DNA from: Azolla caroliniana | Lineage: Eukaryota > Plantae > Polypodiophyta | Reading direction: 5' to 3' | Assembly: GCA_043228905.1 (NCBI GenBank) | Contig: JBHGNT010000020.1 | Span: 3,224,001-3,288,000 of the forward strand | Length of the DNA: 64,000 bases | Shown here: positions 39,728 through 52,559 of the stretch, piece after piece | Layout of the letters: each line of letters begins with the position of its first letter | Numbering within the stretch: the first letter of the stretch is position 1 | Position numbers and translations under genes: made by a program | Notes under the pieces: generated by a model | Seen by the model: the letters and a program-made list of their open reading frames with translations, nothing else | Databases searched by the model: none | Told to the model about the DNA's origin: nothing

Positions 39728-41630
39728 GGATTTTTAATTGGAATCCAATGCCATGCACTAGATTTCAGTTGAAAATCCAAGTTTTTTTTATTTTTGTAAT
39801 TTTTAAAATTTTTTCCATTAAAAAATAAAAAATGGATTTTCAGCTAAAATACTATGCACTACATTATATTTTAGTATATATAGCTAGAATCTAATGCAAT
39901 GCGTTGGATTAGAGTCGAAAATCCTTTTTTCTTTTTTCTTTTTCCAATGTTATTTAATTATTTCAACTGAAATCCGATACACTACATCAGATCGTAGTCT
40001 ATACAGTTAGACATTGATGCATTGCATCAGATTTTAGCTGGCAATCCTCTTTCTTTTCAATTGTTTTTCATTTTTTCAAAAAATAAATAAAAATATATTA
40101 AAAAAGTGGATTTCCAACTGAAATCAAATGCACTACATCGAATTTCAATTAAAAATCCAAATTTCTTTTAGGTTTTTCATAAAACAATGAGATAATAAAA
40201 AAATATTACATTTTCAACAAAATCTGAACCATTGAGTCGGATTTCAATTGCAAATTAATGTTTTATGAAAAAACATAAGAAAAATATTGGACTTTCAACG
40301 GAAATCCGATGCACTGCATCGGATTTCTGTTGAAACTCAGTGATTTTGAACGGAAATCCGATGCAGTGCATCGGATTTCCATTGAAAATCCTGTTGAAAA
40401 TGATGTGTTTTAAACGGGAATCCGATGCAGTGCATCGGATTCCCGTTGAAAACACATCATTTTAAATGGAGAAAATCACAATTTGTTTATTTTTAACACT
40501 TTTTTAGAGAAAAATATAAACAAATAAGAAAATTTGTAAACAAACAAGAAAAAGTGGACTTTCAATGGAAATCCGATGCAGTGCATCGGATTTCCGTTGA
40601 AAATCCATTTTTTTCAATTCCTATATATTTATTTATGATAAAAACAAAAAGAATTCAAAACAAATACAAAAACAAATTCAAAATATCTGAAAAATTGGAA
40701 ACAAATAAGAAAAAATGGATTTTCAATAGAAATCCGATGTAGTGTATCAGATTTCTGTTGAAAACCCATTTTTTGCAATTTTTATTTATTTATTTATGGG
40801 AAAAAATGAAAAAAAAATTTAAAAAATACAAAACAATATTTTAAAATATGAAAATTTGGTAACAAATAGCAAAAAGTGGACTTTCAATAGAAATCCGATG
40901 CATTGCATCGGATTTCCTTTGAAAATTCATTTTTTCAATTTCTATATAGTTATTTTTGAGAAAATAGACAAACAAAATACCAAAAAAATTCTAAAAACTA
41001 TAAAAATTTGGAAAAAAATAAGAAAAAGTGGATTTTCTACGGAAATCCGATGTAGTGCATCAGATTTCCATTGAAAATCTATTTTTTCAATATTTATTTA
41101 TTTATTATAGAAAAAATTCAAAAAAATTCAAAACAATTAAAAAAAAAAGCAAATTTGGAAACAAATACGTAAAAGTGGACTTTCAACCAAAATCCGATTT
41201 AGTGCATCGGATTTCCGTTGAAAATCCATTTTTTCAATTTTTATTTATTTTTTTATGGGAAAAATAAAAACAAATTCTAAAACAATTCAAAAAATAAGAA
41301 AATTTTCAAAAAAATAATAGAAATTGGATTTTCAATTGAATTCGATGCATGGAATTGGATTGCCATTGAAATCTAATTTTTCAATTTGTATTTATTTATT
41401 TACGAGTAAAATAAAATTTATTTATTTATTTATTTGTGGGAAAATGTTTTATTTTTTCAATTTGTATTTATTTATGTATTTTCGGGAAATCCATGCAATG
41501 TATCATATTTTAGTCTATGTAGCTAGAATTCAATGCAATGCATTAAAATGCAAGAGTATTTTTTTAATGGAAATTTTTAAAAAAATTGCAAGACTTACAG
41601 GAATCTGATGCATTATATCCAATTCTAGAT
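39728..41630. repeat. Array of about 14-16 degenerate 51-bp palindromes separated by A/T-rich spacers
   Basis: Consensus GGAYTTTCAAYGGAAATCCGATGCA-S-TGCATCGGATTTCCRTTGAAAATCC. Best copies at ~40289, 40343, 40405, 40556, 40717, 40879, 41030, 41177 and 41326. Confidence 0.93.
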
Positions 41631-41699
41631 GTATAGAGTAAAATTTGACATGTTGCGTCAAATCTAGATGGAATGAATTGGATTTCTGTACGACATCAA

Positions 41700-42170
41700 A
41701 GGCTTACTATGAGAATCTAAGAAAAATGGAAAACATCTTTAAGACATTTTTTAGATTCTAATGATTTTGGTAGAAAGCTTCTCTCACATAATCTAATCTT
41801 GTAAATGGAAAGTACATAATGAAATATCATAACCAAAAAGTGAGGAGGAAAGATGCATCAAGCACATCTACTCTTACATTGGATAATGTTTATATATTAG
41901 TGTATGACTTATCTTTGACCAAAACAAGTTATCTGTGACAGACCACAATGAAGATACTAAAAGAGGATCTGGAATGTGGCTTCAAACACAACACAAAGAC
42001 AAACAAGAAGCATGACTCATAAACTCGATGAGGTTGGATTGCAATTGGATCAACACAATGCATTAGTTGCCATTGATGATGAGGATGAGACCTCATAAAC
42101 TCATACTAGTTCATCTAATGGGTATGAAGATGATGACATAAACTTGAAAAATGATTGTCCTGATACGTTA
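41700..42170 (+). pseudogene. Unknown ORF remnant with acidic tail inside the TIR element
   Basis: VRRKDASSTSTLTLDNVYILVYDLSLTKTSYL*QTTMKILKEDL followed by DDEDE/EDDD-rich codons. Confidence 0.4.
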
Positions 42171-42646
42171 ACTATAAATATTGTATTGCACATCAAGATT
42201 TGGATTCAGAATTTCTATAAATATTGGGGTTAGTCATTTTGGACATTCATTTGTAAGTTTGGCATGTCCATTATTTAGGCATTTTTTTGAACACCTAAAT
42301 TTCCGTACATGTTAAAAATCAATATATTTTTGGGTCATTTTTAAAATTCCTTTACGCATGCGGCACCCCTTTTTGTGAATCACCCTAATTTGTGTCATTT
42401 TTTGATGGACAGTTCTCAAAATGCGACATATTACCTGTTTCAAATGTCCCGGTGTTTGAGGTTGATTTGATCTTTTTGGCATATCCCATGTAATTATGAT
42501 TATGAAAATTTGATAAGAACATGCATGCACATGGCTTATAGGGTATGATAAAGAATATGTGGTAGATGTGTGCATGCAATATAACCATTTTAATTAATAA
42601 GAGGATGCATATATAAGTCATAGTCATGGTAGTTACTTTCTTATGG

Positions 42647-43186
42647 TGTTGATCTGCCGACAATCGACTACTGTAATCGGCAAGCACAATAGGTCGAACG
42701 TTCTATCAATAGAATTGTGGTAGGAAATGAATAGACGAACTAGTGGTAATTAGAAATTGTTACTAAGTAACCGTGATCAACTACTGGTCTTAATATAATT
42801 ACTCAGTAAGCACAGATAATCCGAGATCGACACTGAAAACAATAATGAACAGAGATATTGTGGACACAGAGATACTATAACGACTAATTTATGTTAATTC
42901 CAAAATTGAACGATAGATTTATAATGCTCTCGGTCCTTCTTTTATAGGTGAATCAAGAGTCTCTTTCCAAGATTACCCTTGCCCTTGTTCGGCAAGAACT
43001 ATTACAAAATTGTCGTAACTATTCTAATATATTTTTCTACTTGGCAAAACTACAAATTGTTGACTCATCGATCCGACCCTTGGATCCGACTCTGACACTT
43101 CCATACTTGTTCGACTCCTTCTGACTTCCTTTCATATCCGTCTGACTCAGAACCTGGTAGTCGACTTTGACTCTAACTGGCTAACA
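42647..43186 (-). repeat. 3' LTR of the Gypsy element
   Basis: Minus strand starts TGTTAG and ends TCAACA, with TATAAAA inside. Confidence 0.65.
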
Positions 43187-43230
43187 CTTGGCACGCCCGT
43201 GGGACAATGCTTTGCATGGCTGAACCTACC

Positions 43231-45725
43231 CTACGATGCTTCACTCCTAGTCTTCTTCAGGTTCATCGTCGGCATCATCATCACTTTCATCCTCATTGAG
43301 GATGTTGAGCAAATTCGGCTCGTCCTCAATCCTAGTGTAGGTGCCAAGCGCGCCCTATTCCTGCATTTGTCACGTTGCGTCCTGGTGTGTGTCCTCCACC
43401 CTCGGGTATGTTGCTTGTAGTTGGGTCGGTCTAACTGACAAAGGCGAATTGTCAGTGTTGGACCCCAATTCGGCAATCTGTTCCCAGTGGTTCTTCTCAT
43501 ACGCATCAAGCCTAATTGTCGCGTCGATTTCGTGGGCGTCATATTCTTCCATTAAGCGTACAGCCTCCTCCTTATGACTGACGACAAGCTCATACAAAAT
43601 GCAGGGCAGGTCTTCTTGGACGGTAATAGTAGCTTCGTCGTCCAATTTGAAGAAACCAGTGCCCTGTTTCTTCCAATTTTCCCTATCGACCCATAACATT
43701 TGGAGTTCGGCAGCCATTGTCATCCTTTGCCCAAGGATTTGGCAATCAATTCCCACATTCGCCTCTTGTGTCCCCGCAGGATTTGGTTTACCTTTTCCTT
43801 GCCCATACTCACCTGGTATTGCATGGTGGCAAGTTCCTTCCTCATCTGTGCTAGACGAACCTCAACCGACCCTTTGTCGAACATGAGTTTCGTTTCGGCC
43901 ATTAGTAGTACTAAGCGTTTCTCTTCGTATTTGGACTCGATCTCATTGTGTTTCCTGATCAGTTGGTCTTTCTTTGGTTGCAGTTGGGCTTTGGATTGCT
44001 CGTATTGTGTATGGCTTTCTATCGTTTCGACTACCATCTCAACCATCCGGTTTCTATAATGTTCTTCTTGCATTTGAACATATAATTCTAATTTGTCAAC
44101 TTTTTCCAGCGCATCCCTTATTTCCTGCTTCTGTCATGTGACCATTTGTTTTAACTCTTGGATGGCGTTGTCTCGTTCATTCACCCCCGCTCCAATTTTA
44201 GTCCTGTTCAGCTCTATGCATTCCTCCAGCTTTCTCACTTTCTCCTTTGCTTTGTTCGCTCAGTCATTCGCCTCTTTGACCTGCCTTTCTGTAGCTCGCA
44301 ATTGATCCCACAATTGTTGGTCAGGTACATGTGGAATGTCCATGAAGTCAGAGTGTTGCATGTGGTCTTCGGTTTTCTTTACCTTTTCTTCAGCTTGTTG
44401 GAACCTCTCCGACAAATCAACGTTGTCCTTCTCAATGTTCGAACATCGTTCATGTAAATTCCACAAATTTATTGTAATCGATGAGCAAGACATTCCACAA
44501 ATTCATAAGATGTGCCGAACTATAAAATTGTTGCTAGATCATGTGCTATTGGTGATAACTTACGTAAATCAAGCACCTCACTTGAGGATGATTTCCCCTT
44601 CTCTAGACGACTAGTGTTTTCTTATTCGACACGCGCCTCTCATTCTATATTTGGTACTGTTTGTTCTATCGACTGTTGCGTGTCGACCCGTTGCCTCTTC
44701 TGTGCTCAAACTCTCCTCTTCAGTTTGTGGATACCAGCGGCTCTTCTGTTTTGTTCTGAAAGTTTGTGGTGTCGGTTCTTGGACGGGTTGGGATTATGGG
44801 GTCAACTCTTGCTCCTGTTGGGGTTCCGATGTGGGGTGTCGATTTGGTTCCGATTGTTGGGTGTTGGTAGGTCATGGCTCCGCTTTGTGCTGAGGGAAGA
44901 TTTTGGATGGTCAGGTGGGTTCTGATTGTTGGTTGTCCGTTGGTGTCGGCTCCGGTTCTTGCCACTCCTCTCATGGTACTTTTGTCCGGGCCATTGGTGT
45001 CAACCATGGTTGTGTTGGCGGCCCTTGCTCTGTTCGTGGGGTCTTTCGCCAACCTTCTGTACTCAGTGTCAGGTAGAGTACTGTAAGCCACAAACCAAAA
45101 ATTGGTTTCATCGGTTTCCCGTTCTGCACCCCTTTCAATTGGTCCCGAAGCGCTTCCCTAGTCAAGTACCCCCAATCGATCATCTCCTGACGAATCCTGC
45201 CGGTTGGTTGGGGATACAATAAAACTTGGGGACTTCTTGAAATACTCATTGTTGCCGCCCTGAGTTTTATAGGCTTTGTCCAATGGCAAATAATCGTCGA
45301 AGTATGACTTTAGCAACTTAGGGTTTACAGGATCTATGCCATCAAACCCTTCACGTTGCAGATTCAAATATCGACGTTCCTGCTTGTTCGTGAGTTTTGC
45401 AACGTCGATTTGATGAACTATTTCTGCTGCCTGAGGATGAGGTTCAAAATCTGCGACCTTTAGGTAACCCTGTAGACCCTTGGTGTGCAGCCATTGGCAA
45501 AGTCGGTCTGAGACAAGAATTGGCATACATTTCTTTTCCTGTTTCTTCAAAGTTGATGTTGTTATAAATGATGGTCGGAGAAAGTTGGAAGTGCTGCTCT
45601 GGTTGTCTGTTGCGTATGGACAAAGCTTGAGACTGTTGTGTGATCGCTCTATTTGCTTGAAAACATCTGTGTTGTTGTGGGGCACAAAATATAGAGGAAG
45701 GGTTTTTAATGAAAAGATGAGTCAC
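43231..45725 (-). pseudogene. Gypsy accessory ORF (conserved N-terminal domain, Pro/Thr linker, coiled coil, acidic end), frameshifted
   Basis: ORFs 45158-45685, 44720-45091, 44260-44493, 43720-44073 and 43370-43756 lie between integrase and the LTR. Confidence 0.75.
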
Positions 45726-48700
45726 TATTCGAGAAGTTTAATGGCAATATGCTATTAATGGCAATCACAGTTCGAATATAGTAATAATAGCTTTTAATAA
45801 CCACCACTCGTAATGAATACTAAATGATTTGTTGGCCTGTCCATTTATAATTTGGAAAGGACAGGGCCAAGAAGTCATCATAACAAGAATTATTTTTCTG
45901 TTATATCTTTGCCAAGTTTTTTCTTAATGCTTATGCTATTTACATATTTGTCCCTTGCCACCTAATTGTGTGGTCGGCAGATTGTCGGTGTCATGGATTC
46001 TTCGATGTCGGTCTGTGATACAGTTTAAGTCAAAATCCATCCACCCATTTCGACATGATTTCGCTAGCTAATGTGCCGACTTGATATGTACCATTCTTAC
46101 TGTTGACAATCCAAAATGGGCCTGTCTAGCGAAATTTGAGTTTACTTGGTATCAAACCCATCTTTGTTTGAAATACCAAAACTGACTTGCCAACTTCAAG
46201 CATCTTTCCCTTTTGTTGTCGGTGTCAGTTGACAAATGCTTGCGTTTGCCTCTGCTTCTGCTCTAATGCACACATGTCTTGGAACCGACTTTCCTGTAAT
46301 TCTGATAGTTGCTCCTTCCAGACTCCTTCTGACTATGATTTGAACCCTTACTGTCGGAATTTGGAACTCGACTAGCACTACTGCTTCCAATCCGAATGCC
46401 ATTCGAAATGGGGTCGATTTGATAACCGTCTTGTAGGAAGTACGGTATGCCCAAAAAGCACTATGGAGCTTTCAATCCCAGTTTGTTCTGTTCTCATTAA
46501 CTATTTTTTTCTCAGAATCATTTGTAGTGTCTTATTTGTCAATTCAGCCAATCCATTGGCTTGAGGATAGTACGGAGTACTCTTTTTATGCACTATTGCA
46601 TAGTAAGTGGATAATTCACAGACAAATTTGTTTATAAAATGAGTACCTTGATCACTTATCAGTTCTATTGGCACCCAAATCCACACCATATGTATTCATA
46701 GAGAAACTTGGTTGTGGATGTCGTTGTGTTATCTCGAACCGCGTTGGCCTCAAGCCACTTGGTACAATAGTCGGTGACGATGATAATGTATCGATTCCGA
46801 CAAAGTCGAGGCCCCATTTTTGGAATGGCTCCAAGGGTAATACCGGCTAATGTGGTATCCTATCCCTTTCCGTGGGTTGCCCGGTTTGCTTACATAAATC
46901 ACATTGTCGACAGTACTCGACTACGTCCTTTGAGGTAATCGGCCACCATAGACCACTATCCCAAATTTTTCTTGCCATTGCCTCCCCAACATAATGTCTG
47001 CCATCAATGCCATAGTGGGCCTCATGCAAAACTACTTGTTTTTCGAATTGCCAAACTGCATGTCGCCATATGCCATCTGCTCTCCCGACTTTAGCCGACT
47101 TAGACAATCGGTGACTGCATGATGTACCATTCGGGAGGTTGTACAACTAGCACTTTAGTCAGTATCTTTTTAAGACAGTCGTACGCACCTTACTCGGTTG
47201 TCATCCATTGAAAAGGTATTTTATGCATTGTCGCATATAAGCGTGTTGCCACATCGGCTAAATACTGAATCATCTAGCTACGCCATCTTATTTGGCCTAA
47301 AAATCTACTCAGAGCTTTGGCATTAGTTGGCGTCGATGCTTCCATAATTGCTTTCACTTTGTCGCTATCGACTGCAATGCCTTTTTGCCTGACAATATGT
47401 CTCAGTAACGTACCACTTGTTACACTAAATTCACTTTTCGCAGGGTTGAGAGTCAAGCGTCCCTATCGAGACCTATCCAGACACAATTGAAGATGTTCCA
47501 AATGATCGTCTTTTCTGCTATAGACTGCAAAAATCATCTAGGAATACCTACATAAATTCAGGTATATAATCATTAAAATTTTCATGTATAACCCGTTGAA
47601 ACGTTGTCAGGGTTGTTGTTAAACCGAACATCATGACGACTATTACAAAAACTCCCCCATTGGTGACAAATATTGACTTTTCCTAATCCACTGGGTGCAT
47701 CCAAACCCGATTCTAGGAACTAAATCTTCCAGAAAGCTATAAATTTCGTGGTCAGCGCCTACATCCAAAACTCCATCCGTAAAAGGCAATGGAAATGCAT
47801 CCGTTATTGTGGCCACATTTATCTTTCTAAAATAGACGCATACTATGATCTTCCCATTCTGTTTTGGTACGACGACGATTGGGCTTAACCAAGTTGTCTT
47901 TTTTACTGGTCGAATAAAACCAACTCTAAATATTTTGACGATTTCCTCCTTTACTTTCACAACATAATTTGGGTTTAATCTGTACTAACGTTGTTGTATC
48001 GGGTTCGCATCTTTATGCCAATTGATCTGATGCTGACAGAATGCCAGATCTAATCTCTTCATATCTTCATATTACCATGCCAAAACATCCTTATATTGAC
48101 ACAATAGGTCAGCAATGTTGGCTTTATTGGCCAACTCCATTTCTTTGGCAATGAGAATTGTCTTTTGTTCGGCATCAGCGTCGACAAAATTTAATTCGTC
48201 AAATGTCGATGCCTAAACTCTTTGGGATACCTGCATTTCCCTTTCTGAAGATTCTTGTTGAAGTTGCAATTCCCTTAATGATTTGTCATACAGAGGAATT
48301 TCTTCTCACACAAAACGTGTAGTTGGCCAATCTAACACTCTTTGGATAGTTGGATAAATAGAGATTCCTAAAGAAATGATGTAACCTAACAATTCCACTT
48401 ACTTGCAATCTAAGCTTCACTTCTCTAGTATTGAATAAAGGCCATATTCAAATAGTCATTCTAGTACTTGACGAACATTGACATCATGCTCCTCTTGTGT
48501 TTTTTAATAAATCAATAGATGATTACGAAGATGTCCAAGAAATGTAAAAAAATATCATTAGCCATAGGTTGGAAATTTCTCATGCATTTGAATACGAGGA
48601 AACTATGCAACTTCTCCACACAATCTTCAACAAGGGTGACATAGACATTAAACAATCCAAGGGATAAAATAACGGCTAATCCAAGTACGTTTCTAGAAAT

Positions 48701-49695
48701 CCTTATTGAACTTGTATGAAGAAAACCAACATTCTAGAGGTTCTTAGATTAACTATTAAAAGACTCAACCCCAAAGATTGGAAATATGAACACATCACAT
48801 TTCTGAGTTTATGCAATCATATATAATAAGTACTACAATGACATCAAACATCCAAACTATGAAGACATATTTAAGGACGATTTAGTCATGCTAATATAAT
48901 TTCTTGAAGGAATTTTGAAATTGGTCCTTTACCATTGATACATTCCACGATCTATTTTAGGTAAACGCTTGAATTAATGTGAATGAGCACCAATTGCCCT
49001 CTTAATTCTTGTTGTGAATGGAGAGATTGGTGCAATTAATGTGTTTGATATGTTACCAACTTTTCGCATCATAGGAACCTTAATTAGAGTATTTGCTTAG
49101 ATGTCCCTTCAAAACATTCTATGGGCTTGGTCATCAACATATTTTTGGGAAATGTTGTTTGTCATTACTTTTCCTTATTCGAGTAAACCTCTACACCAAG
49201 TGTTTTAATTGCCGATGTTGATTAGACTCCAAATATTACAAAGAAATATGTCCTATGGAACATTACACTTCCTCCATTTGACATTCATCATGCGCCATTG
49301 AATCATCTCATGCGAAGATGTAGGAAACATCTTATATGCTAATATTTTTGTGTGCAATGTATTAATCTACCAATACAGTGCACATAATAGCAATGTGTAT
49401 ACCAACTTTCACAAAGACTATAGTATAGAAGAAACATGTTCTATTTTAAAACTTGATAATATAGTTAATGAACTTGAGCACTTCATGAACATGGAAGTGA
49501 CACTTTGCAACTACTATGTAACATATACCATACCTAGGTGCATCATAGGAGAAATGGAAATGTGTAATAACATATGAAATCATATCTTTATTAACCAATA
49601 AAGACAACTTTATTTTTGTGCATGATAGTTACATTATGAATCATGCATTGTCTTATGGAACATGATTAACAATGGAATTGGAAAAGTGATTGAAT

Positions 49696-49944
49696 TTAAT
49701 CATCATCTTCTGACGGAGTTGGAGCGGGAGGAATTGAAGATGAGGGAGGAGTCGATGGAGTAATAGGATTTGAGGCAATAGGTGGAATAGGAATTGGAGA
49801 AATAGTTGGCCTTGGAATTATAGATGGACAAGGCTCAGGCTCAGGCTCATCAGCATAGGTTGTTGATGGCCCCTGAACGACTAAGATTGTCACGAAAAGA
49901 AAAATACACAAAAGTCGGAATCGTTGCAACTCCATCTTCCCCAT
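49696..49944 (-). CDS. Small secreted proline-rich peptide, copy C, 82 aa
   Basis: As copy A, with 3 amino-acid differences (I>T, L>P, A>T). Kozak context, TATA box and polyA signal are intact. Confidence 0.8.
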   Translation of the reverse strand: MGKMELQRFRLLCIFLFVTILVVQGPSTTYADEPEPEPCPSIIPRPTISPIPIPPIASNPITPSTPPSSSIPPAPTPSEDDD

Positions 49945-51379
49945 GGTATAAAAGAATTTATAGATTGAATAACACTTCAATATTGTATGGAGTATGTAAT
50001 TAGGTTAGTCGGTGCTCCTAAGCTTCTTCCCCCGTGCCTTTATAGTGCCTCGATATCTTCACGTATCATCAATGTCAATGAAAGATTTCAAAAATCATTA
50101 GTGATAATAATATCCATGGAAATTACAATCTTAGAGTGAAAATAAACAATAATTGTTTTGCCTTCCCTAATGTTGTCTAGGATTTTCTATTTCTTCATTT
50201 TCAAGCATTAGCTCATTACATTGATTTTGTTAAAGTATCGGTTTATTTAATGGGGGAGTACGGAATTTGAAATAGAAGTCCCGAAAATTTTAAGTACATG
50301 ACTATGTGATTTCTTTCCATTTTTCAGCGAACGAAAACCTTAAAATAAGAAAAACATATATCACAAGCCATGAGATTTACATTTCAAGGGCTCCATGGGC
50401 AATTTACCTTGGAAATGGCAAAGTCACAGTCGATGCCATGTTTTGGTTAAATTGCTTGATAATGATGCTTGAGAAAAGTTTTCATGTAAATGATTATCAA
50501 TAACAATCATCATGGAAATTAAAATGTTGGTGTTGTAAGGTAGACTGATTATTTTGCATGCCTTAATGTTTCGTTTAATTTCAAACTTGACATTTTGAAA
50601 CAATTAATTTATTGAAATAATTTGGATGGTGCATAAACTTGTTTCATAAAAATATTGTAAATATTAGAAGAGAAGGAAACACTTATTTATATGTCTTAGT
50701 GAAATAGTTGAAAATCCAATGAGATTAAGTATCTTTTTTTGTGATAGTAAAAGCTTGAGATTCTAGGTTATTTTGTTAATGATAGTTGATTTCTCTCTTT
50801 CTTGAGTCTATTTTGGGGTTATGTAGCTCTAACCATGATGAACCAAGGATAATTGGACGCTTTTCCTAGTAATTATCTTAAAGAATATTACACATGCCAA
50901 TTACCTAGCACAACACAAACGTGTTCGAACTCTTCTAAAGTCGAGGAAAATCTCTATCGTGAAGAAAGAATAAGCCCCAATATTGAGGAGTGTATGTTGC
51001 CTAAGACCACGACCCTGTTTGAATTAAAAACATCTCTCTCTCTCTCTCTCTCATTAGTGTATGTTGCCTACTTTCTCTTGTTTAGCTTAAGCACCCTCTA
51101 ATCGTCGTGTGGCTATCCCTACGCAGTCCTTGTTTCGACCATTTGGTCCTAGTAAGAATAAGCCCCAATATTGAGTGGTGGAACATGAAATTGATGATTA
51201 CTTGTTGTTGTAAATTTCACTTGAGTTGAGAACACATTGATAACTTGCTGAGAAGAAATGGAACTACTGATGGGTTGGATAGATCTTGGACAGGCCAACC
51301 AAATGACTCCTATTTTGGCTAGGCCTAATCGCTTAACTCATCATCTAGTTGACTTAGAACCTCAATTTAATTTGATAAA

Positions 51380-52545
51380 CTTTTATACAAGTCCTTAAAA
51401 AGAACTGAAAAGTACTTCGATGCTCATACAAGCGATTGACACTGACTCCAAAAATATGCCTACTCTAACGGCCTACCGATTACAATCCGATCTGGCTCTC
51501 CGACTTAGCTCGTGGTTCCGGATACCATCCGGACACCGATCTGGTTCTTTGTTCCAGACTCCGATTCGGCTTAGGCTTGTTTAGCCTATCTAGGTCTGGT
51601 TGACCTTGTTTGCTCAACACTCCCCCTCAAGCTCAACTTGAGGTCAGATCGTAGTGCCAGTGTTAGTGGTAGCCGGTCCTCTCTTCTGGCTCTTCCTGGC
51701 GTCCTCCCGCTCAGCTCGTGCTCCTCATTCGGTTCGGTTCATCTTCCTGTGACGCGTTTGGTTCCGTGCATCTCGACCTTCTCGGTCAGGTTGTCTGCAT
51801 AGAAGGCCCTTTATTGTTGTGACATTGGCGTGTCTGAACTCATTAGTTCCTCCGTGTCGGTGTTAGCTTCCGCTACCTTCTTGTCCGTTTGGCGTTTAGT
51901 TGATCCGGCTCCTCCGAATCAACCACCTCTTCCGAAATGGGTGACTCCGATTCGTTCCGGCTCTTGTCCGAATTGGCTATCACCAATTCGTCTTCGGTCT
52001 TCAGACCCTATACGACATCAAACCATGTCCGTTTGTTCGCCTTCTTTGCCTTCTTGGCTTTCCCTCCCATTTTTTTGGTTGGGTTTGTCTTGGGTTTTCT
52101 GTTCCGGTGGTTCCCCTTACATCCGGTCTTGGCTTCTTCAGTCGACCCATGCACTCTGACTTCTTCAATCAAGTCGGAGTCAAAATTGGTTTTTGACTTG
52201 GCTTTTTGGTCATATTTTTCATTCCTCCTTTCATCCTCCCCCTCACGTTTGGCATATCGAGGTAACGCACACCCAACGCACCGGAAAATTGTCGCAACTT
52301 GTCTAAGCCGAGGGGTTTGGTGAAGATACTGGTAACCTGCCAATCTGTTGGAACATGCAACAGTTCCACTTCACCCAAGACAATGTACTCTCAAACAAAA
52401 TGATAATGCACTTCGATGTACTTAGGAAGGGCGTTAAAGGTGGGGTTCTTTGCCAATTGGATGTTGATGAGGTTGTCGTAGTAGATCGTCATGGGATCAA
52501 ACACCTCCACTTGAAGATCTTTCAGGAGTCTCTTGAGCCATAAAA
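51380..52545 (-). mobile_element. Copia 3' end (RNase H, PPT, partial LTR)
   Basis: KYIEVHYHF..GEVELLHVPTDWQVTSIFTKPLG; PPT ctccccctcaag at ~51620. Confidence 0.88.
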
Positions 52546-52559
52546 ATCCAATGGGATTA

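Larger units (their letters stand above)
38546..42487. mobile_element. Degraded TIR DNA element, probably Mutator-like, with an internal palindrome array
   Basis: 38546-38582 (aacaccgggtcatttgaaacaggtaacatgtcgcatt) is the reverse complement of 42420-42456 with 2 mismatches. The right end reads GGGATATGCC inward. The outer left TIR and the TSD were not found. Confidence 0.6.
42647..48303 (-). mobile_element. Ty3/Gypsy retrotransposon, 5'-truncated (RT, INT, extra ORFs, 3' LTR)
   Basis: RT 47643-47960 and 47274-47456. Integrase [18 protein letters not shown] and HKKSTPYYPQANGLAE. LTR 42647-43186 with TG..CA ends. Confidence 0.92.

Noticed and set aside
39728-41630. CRISPR array interpretation of the palindrome/spacer array
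   Set aside because: Spacers are ~100 bp, low-complexity and similar to each other, repeats are degenerate, there are no cas genes, and the context is eukaryotic.
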